A stretch of DNA of 20,000 nucleotides from an uncultured virus (IMG/VR IMGVR_UViG_3300028030_000352) (taxonomy: Duplodnaviria > Heunggongvirae > Uroviricota > Caudoviricetes), in IMG/VR virus record IMGVR_UViG_3300028030_000352. One strand, given 5' to 3'. Numbering within the stretch: position 1 is the stretch's first letter; each line of letters opens with the position of its first letter. Below the pieces are notes generated by a model, which saw nothing but the letters and a program-made list of their open reading frames with translations, had not been told where the DNA came from and ran no database searches. Positions 9,887 to 17,380 of the stretch are shown here, in pieces. The position numbers and the translations under genes are program-made.

Positions 9887-9927
9887 GGATACTACGTGAC
9901 GTAGATTAAATACGTCACGTAGTATCC
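9887..9927. repeat. Perfect 17-bp inverted repeat with a 7-nt loop (hairpin, terminator or operator)
   Basis: GGATACTACGTGACGTA-gattaaa-TACGTCACGTAGTATCC, 14 nt downstream of the 9942..10211 stop. Confidence 0.9.
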
Positions 9928-9941
9928 TCCTATCGTTAGAT

Positions 9942-10211
9942 CTACTTGGACAGTGACTCTAGCAGTCTTTCAACCGCTACTTCGATGATCTGTGTCCTCG
10001 GTGGAGGAACGGACAGGCCATCCCCAGATTCAGACAGAACAGTTTTTACCTGTTCAACAAGTTTCAGAGTTTGGAGTGAAACCAAAACCGGCTTCGATTG
10101 CCGGGTCTTTTTCGTTGTCTTTTTTGCGGTGGTCTTTTTCGTTGCGGTGGTCTTTTTCGTTGCGGTGGTCTTTTTCGTTGCGGTGGTCTTTTTCGTAGTT
10201 GTAGTTGTCAT
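9942..10211 (-). CDS. Small basic DNA-binding protein: histone-H1-like K/T/A tail plus putative ribbon-helix-helix domain
   Basis: N-terminal TKKTTA repeats, then SKPVLVS (strand), LQTLKLVEQVKTVL (helix) and RTQIIEVAVERLLESL (helix), the CopG/Arc-type layout. Confidence 0.65.
   Translation of the reverse strand: MTTTTTKKTTATKKTTATKKTTATKKTTAKKTTKKTRQSKPVLVSLQTLKLVEQVKTVLSESGDGLSVPPPRTQIIEVAVERLLESLSK
10124..10195. repeat. 18-bp tandem repeat TTGCGGTGGTCTTTTTCG x4 (encodes TKKTTA)
   Basis: Exact copies at 10124, 10142, 10160 and 10178. Confidence 0.95.
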
Positions 10212-10237
10212 TGTTGTTATCCTGTTTTTTGTTTGTG

Positions 10238-10912
10238 TTATTTTGTTATATCTTTCAGAGCTAGATATCTACCGATGCTTTCAACCGGTTCTACAGAGTA
10301 TAGAAGTTCATAGGCTTGTGCCGATGTTGGCCTGACAGTGGCATTTTTTATTCTATCAATTAATATATCATCTATGAATATTGATGCTAAATGTTTTATT
10401 ACGATACCATTTACTACTGTCATCAAGACTGAATCTATTATTGCCTGCCATATCTTTATGTGATAATAGTCCATATCATCTATTTTTATTGTACGTGAAA
10501 ATCTTTCATCTTTATAGGTGGCATCATACTTTACTACAGCGTAATCATTTTTTACTACGAAGTATACTTCATTGAATTTTACATCATGAAGTTTCATTAT
10601 TATTGATATGTAGTATTTACTATTGATGAACGCGTTGTTATCGATATATGAGTCATCTATTTCTTTTGAAATTATGTCCAAGTATGATTTGTTTGATCTT
10701 GCATGTACTATTACGTCATGGTCTAAAGTTACATCTTCTCTAAATTTTTCTTCTATTGTTCGTTTAAAGTTTACAGTAAACGCTACTGTATCAATGTTTA
10801 TGTCCGCCAGAATGACCGATAATTCATAAACATTTCCATCACGTTCATATTTAAACCAGACTTTATATTTATTTCCAATACGTTTGAACTGTGTTAACTC
10901 AAGTATTTTCAT
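10238..10912 (-). CDS. Hypothetical protein with an apparent duplicated beta-rich module
   Basis: 224 aa, ends YLALKDITK. Confidence 0.72.
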   Translation of the reverse strand: MKILELTQFKRIGNKYKVWFKYERDGNVYELSVILADINIDTVAFTVNFKRTIEEKFREDVTLDHDVIVHARSNKSYLDIISKEIDDSYIDNNAFINSKYYISIIMKLHDVKFNEVYFVVKNDYAVVKYDATYKDERFSRTIKIDDMDYYHIKIWQAIIDSVLMTVVNGIVIKHLASIFIDDILIDRIKNATVRPTSAQAYELLYSVEPVESIGRYLALKDITK

Positions 10913-10927
10913 CTCAATTTTTATGTG

Positions 10928-11047
10928 TTGCTGGTAGACACTTAGGTGCCATTCATTTCTTTATTTGCGGTTTTGACTTTGCCATCTTTTGTGGCGTTTC
11001 TTTGACTATAAAAAATCTTCGAATGACACCTAAGTGTCTACCAGCAA
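10928..11047. repeat. 27-bp inverted repeat (1 mismatch) enclosing a 66-bp spacer; fills the intergenic region
   Basis: TTGCTGGTAGACACTTAGGTGCCATTC (10928-10954) and GAATGACACCTAAGTGTCTACCAGCAA (11021-11047). Confidence 0.92.
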
Positions 11048-11054
11048 TATTTTA

Positions 11055-11522
11055 TTACAACAGAATTCTTTTTAATTGTATGGCTTTTATTATCTTCCTA
11101 CTTTCTGCTACGGCCATTCCTTTATTCACCCCGTAGCTCCTCATTAGGGCGAACGATTCATTCTTCACAAAACGATCTATAAACTTTTGATCAATCTGAT
11201 CATGGATCTGTTTTGCTACTGATTTTATAATCGATGTTTTATTCTTCATCATATAATACATAACGATCTCTGTTAGAGAAACCGCCACATGTTTTGGAAA
11301 ACTTGTCCTCAAATGTTTTGAGATTACCTTATTCACTAAATTGTATACTACATCATTTGGATGTGTGCCACATACTTCAATGACAGAGTACACATTACCA
11401 TATCTTACATATGTTTTGATACAGTATGTTTTATTCTTTTTGAAAAACCTTTTTAACTCTACGTCAATAGGTATCTCAAATAGTGGAGCTATCGTGTTAA
11501 CAATATCTTGTTCTTGAACCAT
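11055..11522 (-). CDS. Hypothetical protein (possibly the C-terminal half of a frameshifted gene)
   Basis: 155 aa, ends AIQLKRILL. Overlaps the upstream ORF by 34 bp. Confidence 0.65.
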   Translation of the reverse strand: MVQEQDIVNTIAPLFEIPIDVELKRFFKKNKTYCIKTYVRYGNVYSVIEVCGTHPNDVVYNLVNKVISKHLRTSFPKHVAVSLTEIVMYYMMKNKTSIIKSVAKQIHDQIDQKFIDRFVKNESFALMRSYGVNKGMAVAESRKIIKAIQLKRILL

Positions 11523-11815
11523 GTTATCGACATCTCCCTTCTTTTAGACGTAAAGTTTATAATTGATTCCCTTATATGTTCAATGATCTTATCTGAGTTG
11601 TTATCTAAAAATTCATTGAACAATTTTTGATCAAGTTTGACATTATAGACTTTGAGCTTTTCTTGGATCTTATGATACTCAAAGTTAAACGTGAACTCAG
11701 CCACATATGTACTATCAACATTATGTACATGAACGTATACATGATAATCACCGTGTCCATCGGTTATCGCTAAACTTACAACTTCATTGTTTTGAACGTT
11801 CGCGCTTATGATCAT
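11489..11815 (-). CDS. Hypothetical protein (possibly the N-terminal half of a frameshifted gene)
   Basis: 108 aa, with an ATGA overlap with the upstream gene's stop. Confidence 0.62.
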   Translation of the reverse strand: MIISANVQNNEVVSLAITDGHGDYHVYVHVHNVDSTYVAEFTFNFEYHKIQEKLKVYNVKLDQKLFNEFLDNNSDKIIEHIRESIINFTSKRREMSITWFKNKILLTR

Positions 11816-12633
11816 TGTTTTATCATGTTTATCTTGATAATATCCATCAGTTTATCGTCCGGTAAAGCTTTAGCCATTTTACTTATGTCCTTTAGCTCCA
11901 TCATAATTAACTTTCTCATATCTGAGTTTATCGGCTTTATCGCCTTCACAAATTTTTTGAATAGTTTGTTCATATTTATACAGTATATAGCATCCTTGTT
12001 AATCTTAAAATAAGATACGATAATATTAATCACTCCAGTATAAACTTGTAGCATGTCATAATCATTTATGTTATGTCTATATACCACTAGCGATGGTAGT
12101 GATAACCTGTCATTATAAGTTGATGATGCGTATCTATCTGTTTTTCCATCCATTGTGATGGAAAATTCATACATTATTGATATTCGATATGATGCACTGT
12201 CACGTGCTTTATTTACTACATATATATTAACTGAATGAAATTGTATCGAGTCAAGTTCATTTATAGTTGTTTTCACACTATGTGGAGTTTCTAACTTTAT
12301 TGAGTCAGTATAATTTATTAGGTCATTCAATATTTTGTCATTTATATCATTGTTGATGACGTTTAGTTGTTCATCAGCTATTGTTTGCGCGATCATCTCT
12401 TTAAACTGTTTTTCATTTGAGATGACAATATTTATGTACTCGTTGATAGCGTTTGATATCGGATCAACGATCACCAATGAGTATGATGAGTCCATCATCT
12501 TGATCATTCCTCTTGATGTATAACCTGTATTGGTTTCAATCTCTACATCAATATTCACGCTAAAGTGATTGAAACCTATCGCTTCTACATTTAAAATCTT
12601 TACTATTAAACTAGTTTTACGCTGCACACACAA
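11812..12633 (-). CDS. Hypothetical protein, local family C (paralog of 14194..14958); likely start GTG at 12627
   Basis: NEKQFKEMIA/NEKQFKSMVA, YEFSITMDGKT/YSFSITINGKT and KLFKKFVKAI/RLFTEFVDSI are shared with 14194..14958. SD-like AGGGG at 12640-12636. Ends IIKINMIKQ. Confidence 0.78.
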   Translation of the reverse strand: MCVQRKTSLIVKILNVEAIGFNHFSVNIDVEIETNTGYTSRGMIKMMDSSYSLVIVDPISNAINEYINIVISNEKQFKEMIAQTIADEQLNVINNDINDKILNDLINYTDSIKLETPHSVKTTINELDSIQFHSVNIYVVNKARDSASYRISIMYEFSITMDGKTDRYASSTYNDRLSLPSLVVYRHNINDYDMLQVYTGVINIIVSYFKINKDAIYCINMNKLFKKFVKAIKPINSDMRKLIMMELKDISKMAKALPDDKLMDIIKINMIKQ

Positions 12634-12648
12634 ATCCCCTTTAAATTG

Positions 12649-12668
12649 AAAAAAGACTGCATAAGTCT
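12649..12668 (-). terminator. Weak possible intrinsic terminator
   Basis: Minus strand reads AGACT-tatgc-AGTCT followed by a T run, directly at the 12667..13125 stop. The stem is only 5 bp. Confidence 0.3.
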
Positions 12669-13125
12669 AAGAGTTTATCAACGATAACTTATATAGTCTT
12701 TTCATTTTATTTATATCACACGGCCCTGGTTTTATGAGTTTAATCGGATCATGGTCTTCATATGTTATCACATATCTGTACATCAATAACTGAGATGACC
12801 CTACTGTTATCATAAGACCGTCTCTATCAAAAATTATAAGTGGATAATCTGTCGATAATTGAACAAAATCAACAGGTTGTATATACATGTCATACATATC
12901 TCTAACGTTTACCATGTCATATCTGAATATTAGCTTACCTTCATTACCAACACGTTTTCCGTCCCATGGGATATAATCATATGGTATTCCATTTTTTAGG
13001 ACTAGATACCTGGTCCTTGAGTATATGTCATTACCGGTTGTTGTATAATCATCATATATTATAGCTAGCATTACAACAGTTAGTACTATCACAATGGCTA
13101 TCATTAAAAAGAATAGTTCATTCAT
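12667..13125 (-). CDS. Hypothetical single-pass membrane protein
   Basis: N-terminal hydrophobic segment LFFLMIAIVIVLTVVMLAII. Ends LYKLSLINS. Confidence 0.72.
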   Translation of the reverse strand: MNELFFLMIAIVIVLTVVMLAIIYDDYTTTGNDIYSRTRYLVLKNGIPYDYIPWDGKRVGNEGKLIFRYDMVNVRDMYDMYIQPVDFVQLSTDYPLIIFDRDGLMITVGSSQLLMYRYVITYEDHDPIKLIKPGPCDINKMKRLYKLSLINS

Positions 13126-13128
13126 TAT

Positions 13129-13650
13129 TCATTCCAATAGTACGCTAACCTCGTCCACAATCTTTTGTATTATGATATCCTCCACAATTCTGGCTGCCGA
13201 TTGTTTATCAACCATCCCCTTCATTGACTTACTGATTGTTAATGGCAATAAACTAACCCCATGGTATATCATTGCATCATATATTGTATATCTGATACTA
13301 TCAATACTTACGTTATACTTTTTAATGTCATCCCATATATATTTTGGTAACAGTTTTTTAAATTTGCATCCATAATGACGTTCAAAGTATGCGTCCACCA
13401 ATTTTGTTAGTATTATTGAATAACTTGACGTCTTCTGTTCATCAAGAAAGTTACTGGCGTCATACACTAAAACTGTGTAACTTCCCATATTTGTATCCAC
13501 TATTGCGTCTGCGTTAAATAGTGAATAATTATCATCCACTCTTTGTAATTTAATCGACTTTATCTTAACATTTTTCAAAAAATGAATGGCTTCTAGTGTT
13601 AGATTATGCTCTAATGCCTGCTTTGTTATTTTATTTATGTTTTTTCCCAT
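13129..13650 (-). CDS. Hypothetical protein
   Basis: 173-aa ORF, tightly packed with neighbours. Confidence 0.7.
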   Translation of the reverse strand: MGKNINKITKQALEHNLTLEAIHFLKNVKIKSIKLQRVDDNYSLFNADAIVDTNMGSYTVLVYDASNFLDEQKTSSYSIILTKLVDAYFERHYGCKFKKLLPKYIWDDIKKYNVSIDSIRYTIYDAMIYHGVSLLPLTISKSMKGMVDKQSAARIVEDIIIQKIVDEVSVLLE

Positions 13651-13651
13651 G

Positions 13652-14197
13652 TCACCCTAGTATTGTGTTCATCTTTACTAACCTATTTGCGGTTTCAATA
13701 ATTCTATTGTAATTTATATCATTTTTACCTATGGCATATCCGAATCTATTGAATATGCCATATGCTACTGATTTTACTAGGATGTCATAATTATCTACAC
13801 GTACTTCACTATTGACTGCACTATCGATGTTATCTTTTAATGCATTATAAAGCATGTTATAAACTGACTGTTTTACTGTTTTAGCATTTCTTTCTTTGCT
13901 TAGTTTTCCGAAATATCCATTCCAATTTCTTATCATCTTTAATACTATCTCATCGATTTCATCAATATTTGATGATGTTACATCATGCTTTATGACTCCA
14001 TTGTAATACTTTAAGCTTTTTGGAAGTGGAGAATAAAACGATAAACGACCCTCGGATTGAAACACCCTAGTCTTTCCCATCACGTTATAAAGAGTAAACC
14101 TAGTATTTTCCTTGATTTCATTGAATAATGGGGAAAGTTCATTTTTAAATATGTCAGATTTCAGTATTAGTTTGTAAACCCTTTTATTTTTTATCAT
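13652..14197 (-). CDS. Hypothetical protein
   Basis: 181 aa, 4-bp overlap with the upstream gene. Ends LVKMNTILG. Confidence 0.7.
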   Translation of the reverse strand: MIKNKRVYKLILKSDIFKNELSPLFNEIKENTRFTLYNVMGKTRVFQSEGRLSFYSPLPKSLKYYNGVIKHDVTSSNIDEIDEIVLKMIRNWNGYFGKLSKERNAKTVKQSVYNMLYNALKDNIDSAVNSEVRVDNYDILVKSVAYGIFNRFGYAIGKNDINYNRIIETANRLVKMNTILG

Positions 14198-14958
14198 TTA
14201 TTGATCCTATTTAGTTTAATTGCCGACGCTATTGTATGTACTGGTAACACAGATACTATGAGGTTATCATATGGATTGTCTTTACCGATCCAATTTAGCG
14301 CCATTTCAATTAGTCTATCACTATCCATGACTATGCTGTCAACAAATTCAGTAAACAGTCTTTTCGTGTCCATCATGTACATCATTGTATTACTAATATT
14401 TCCCATTGCGAGGATAACTGTCAGTATTTCATAAAATGCATCAATAATTATATCACTGTCTGTTTGCTCTTTTTTATCAAATAGACTTATTTGTTTATCA
14501 CCAAATTCTACTCCTAGTTTTTTTGTTTTACCATTGATGGTGATTGAAAAACTATAATCCACGATACTTCTATTGTTGTTTACTCTAATAAGATAAACAT
14601 AGTCCCACTTAATTGAATCAATAATCTTTTGGGATTTATTTACATCATCAATAATTTGTTTTTTATCACTTATGCTATCATTAACAATAATGTCCGCATA
14701 CTTGTCTATAATCATTTTTGCATCAGCAAATTTGGCTACCATACTCTTAAATTGTTTCTCATTATCGATGAAAACATTATAATTTGACTTTTCACCAGTA
14801 ACACTATCAATGATTTGCAATTGAGTCATGTATGTACTGACTATTATGGTAGCATTAAGTTTTTTACCTGTCACTGCTTTTACTAATGACTTGATTCTTA
14901 TTTCGTGATCGAAAAACTCTACGTCTTTTACACTCAATACCTCAATTTTTGTTACCAT
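14194..14958 (-). CDS. Hypothetical protein, local family C (paralog of 11812..12633)
   Basis: 254 aa, with motifs shared with 11812..12633. Ends AIKLNRINK. Confidence 0.78.
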   Translation of the reverse strand: MVTKIEVLSVKDVEFFDHEIRIKSLVKAVTGKKLNATIIVSTYMTQLQIIDSVTGEKSNYNVFIDNEKQFKSMVAKFADAKMIIDKYADIIVNDSISDKKQIIDDVNKSQKIIDSIKWDYVYLIRVNNNRSIVDYSFSITINGKTKKLGVEFGDKQISLFDKKEQTDSDIIIDAFYEILTVILAMGNISNTMMYMMDTKRLFTEFVDSIVMDSDRLIEMALNWIGKDNPYDNLIVSVLPVHTIASAIKLNRINK

Positions 14959-15056
14959 AGCTTCTGCCTTCCTTTATATCTTCCTGGCTTTTCATGTATT
15001 CAATGGCTTGACATAGCCTAACATATCATAAAGTGGCAAGGGGATACTGTCCTGTG

Positions 15057-15773
15057 TTACGACGATATTTTTTTCATTGAATAGAGTCTTTTGTATGTTT
15101 CCCTTATATTTTTTGGGAATACTCTATTAAAATATTCGTCATTTGTGCTATCACGAAGTGCCTGTTCTATTCCATAAATTAGATCGTCCGGAACTATCAG
15201 GTAAAACAATTTATTATTTCTAAAGTCACCGTATGATTTTAGGGTGTCATATGTATCTCTATCAACATGTTTTAGTATGGTTGATAAAATCAGCGTTACC
15301 GGTGAAACGCTATATTGAAGTATTCCATGTCTGGACCAACCTGTGATCCTTTTGATGGTGTCACCGTTATACGTGAATTTTATACTGAATTTTACTAAAT
15401 TTCCATATCTAAACGCTATGATTTCTTCTATTTTTACTTTTTTACTTAATTTTCGTCTTATTTTAACATATTCATGAAACTCACTGGAATCTGTGAATTT
15501 GCGTATATTACCAAACACATATCCCGTCCAGTGCTCTGACATGATTAACTTTTCATACAGTTTATCGGGAATATGAACACTTTCAAAATAACCGCTATAT
15601 GACGATTCATTAAGATTTGTTAAAATTGCTTTTTCTAGACTTGACTTCTTCATACTTCCGGTAACGTCAATGTTAACCGACATATCATGATTTTCACCGT
15701 TGTATATAAAACTAATTTCTATTTTTAAATATGATGATGATACGTTATACGCTTTTATGTCAGTGACTATCAT
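15057..15773 (-). CDS. Hypothetical protein, local family B (paralog of 5542..6294)
   Basis: 238 aa. Internal duplication KIEISFIYNGE/KFSIKFTYNGD. Ends LYSMKKISS. Confidence 0.75.
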   Translation of the reverse strand: MIVTDIKAYNVSSSYLKIEISFIYNGENHDMSVNIDVTGSMKKSSLEKAILTNLNESSYSGYFESVHIPDKLYEKLIMSEHWTGYVFGNIRKFTDSSEFHEYVKIRRKLSKKVKIEEIIAFRYGNLVKFSIKFTYNGDTIKRITGWSRHGILQYSVSPVTLILSTILKHVDRDTYDTLKSYGDFRNNKLFYLIVPDDLIYGIEQALRDSTNDEYFNRVFPKNIRETYKRLYSMKKISS

Positions 15774-16651
15774 GTTTGCACTCTTATCATTCTAAGAAAA
15801 TCATCGAGACCTCCCAGATTATGCTTCCTTATTGTCATGTTTATATCATACATTTCCCACTCAATGACGTCCTCTATTATTTCATCACGAGTGTATTTAC
15901 CGGAAAGTTTGTTTATGAATCTAGAAAGTCTTGTCATACCGGATTCATAGAACATGTTACGAATATGCTCTAGTTTATCCACTCTCCAGTTACATAGATC
16001 CTGGTTAAACGCCATTGCTCTGGCAAACATGCTTTCCATTCTTTCTACGTTAGACACGTCCCAGTTCCCAATCGGCTGATTGAAACTTAGTGCCTCACAA
16101 AACATAGCATTCATATTATCAACGTTTGATGTGTCCCAATTCCCAATTGGCTGATTGAATGCTGCAGCACTATCAAACATGTAACTCATGTCAGTTACTT
16201 TACTCGTATTCCAATTCCCAATTGGTTGATTGAAACTGAACGCGTTATTAAACATGTGGTTCATGTCAACTGTTTTACTTGTGTCCCATCTACTGATGTC
16301 TTGATTGAATGATGAAGCATTTTCAAACATCCCATCCATATACTCAACATTCGAAGTATTCCATCTTCCGATCGGTTGATTAAACATTCTTGCATCGTTA
16401 AACATATGACTCATGTGCACAACGTTCGACGTGTCCCATCGAGAGATATCCTGATTGAAACTGGACGCCCCGCCGAACATGTCATTCATGTTAGTCACAT
16501 TAGATGTGTCCCACCTACTGATGTCCTGATTAAAATCAGGTTTTTCGGCAAATAAACAGGACATGTCAGTGACAGCGCTTGTATCAATGAATCTAAGATC
16601 ATATTCATACATGATCAATTCTATCAGTTGTCGTCTGTCAACTTTTATCAT
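15770..16651 (-). CDS. DUF285/BspA-like repeat protein, ~8 repeats
   Basis: 25-aa repeats ([21 protein letters not shown]) and the same N-terminal cap. Ends FLRMIRVQT. Confidence 0.92.
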   Translation of the reverse strand: MIKVDRRQLIELIMYEYDLRFIDTSAVTDMSCLFAEKPDFNQDISRWDTSNVTNMNDMFGGASSFNQDISRWDTSNVVHMSHMFNDARMFNQPIGRWNTSNVEYMDGMFENASSFNQDISRWDTSKTVDMNHMFNNAFSFNQPIGNWNTSKVTDMSYMFDSAAAFNQPIGNWDTSNVDNMNAMFCEALSFNQPIGNWDVSNVERMESMFARAMAFNQDLCNWRVDKLEHIRNMFYESGMTRLSRFINKLSGKYTRDEIIEDVIEWEMYDINMTIRKHNLGGLDDFLRMIRVQT

Positions 16652-16652
16652 G

Positions 16653-16973
16653 TTATTTTACGGATTGTACTAAAGTATTTAGATCATTTCTTTGTGACTT
16701 CAATGAGGGGACTCGAAGTAAAAATCGAAGAACTTTCGCCGTCCTTCTTTTTGCTCTTTTCTTTTGCTGAGGTGAGTCAAACCTCGTTTTGTTTAGTTCA
16801 TCGACATACAGTTTCACTGTATCCAAAACTTGCTTTGGATCATCAAAACTGGTGCGGTCACTTCTTCCGTTACTCGCTAATTGTTTAATATCATCGAACG
16901 TCATTTTTTCCTTTTCTTTAATGTTTATTACGATTCTTGTGTTATTGACCAGTTTTTGACTTTTTAAGTTCAT
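16653..16973 (-). CDS. Small basic hypothetical protein; likely start ATG 16904
   Basis: SD-like AAGGA lies upstream of ATG 16904 (MTFDDIKQ...). Contains the basic patch KKRAKRR. Confidence 0.6.
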   Translation of the reverse strand: MNLKSQKLVNNTRIVINIKEKEKMTFDDIKQLASNGRSDRTSFDDPKQVLDTVKLYVDELNKTRFDSPQQKKRAKRRTAKVLRFLLRVPSLKSQRNDLNTLVQSVK

Positions 16974-17139
16974 CTAGTCTATTATAAACTTTGTTCAATT
17001 TATCGTCACCCATTGATGAATTCGCATAAGATCTAATTTCGTCTTCATTCAAGATAGCTAGTTGTTTTATCTTGTTAAAAATGAATGACTTTTCATTACC
17101 TAGTATCGCAATAGCTAGTTTCTTTATTATGTCATTCAT
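16942..17139 (-). CDS. Small hypothetical protein
   Basis: ORF track gives 16942..17163. The ATG at 17139 overlaps the upstream stop by 8 bp and is the more plausible start. Confidence 0.55.
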   Translation of the reverse strand: MNDIIKKLAIAILGNEKSFIFNKIKQLAILNEDEIRSYANSSMGDDKLNKVYNRLDELKKSKTGQ

Positions 17140-17335
17140 TGTTTTCCGGTGCAAATTGTTCAATCAATAGTTTTTCATCGGATTCGGTAAAATAATAAAA
17201 ACTTATTGTTTGTCTATGCTTATTAGCTAAACTCCTAATATATTCTAACGTTTCTTTCCACTTTTCTGTGGTTGAATAATACCCGCTGTCGATCGATAAC
17301 TCTTCTATCATTGTTATGATGTCCTTTTTTAGCAT
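17132..17335 (-). CDS. Small hypothetical protein
   Basis: 67-aa ORF, co-oriented and filling the gap after the ATPase. Confidence 0.55.
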   Translation of the reverse strand: MLKKDIITMIEELSIDSGYYSTTEKWKETLEYIRSLANKHRQTISFYYFTESDEKLLIEQFAPENNE

Positions 17336-17380
17336 TAGGTGTAGTAAGAAATTAAGAAATAAGGAAGCTCGAACTAAAGT

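Noticed and set aside
10928..11047. Retron msr-msd or autonomous IS element
   Set aside because: No RT or transposase is adjacent and no target-site duplication is visible; it is retained only as an unexplained inverted-repeat element.
15008..15036. TTGACA sigma70 -35 box on the plus strand
   Set aside because: There is no matching -10 at 16-18 bp spacing and it points antisense to all genes.
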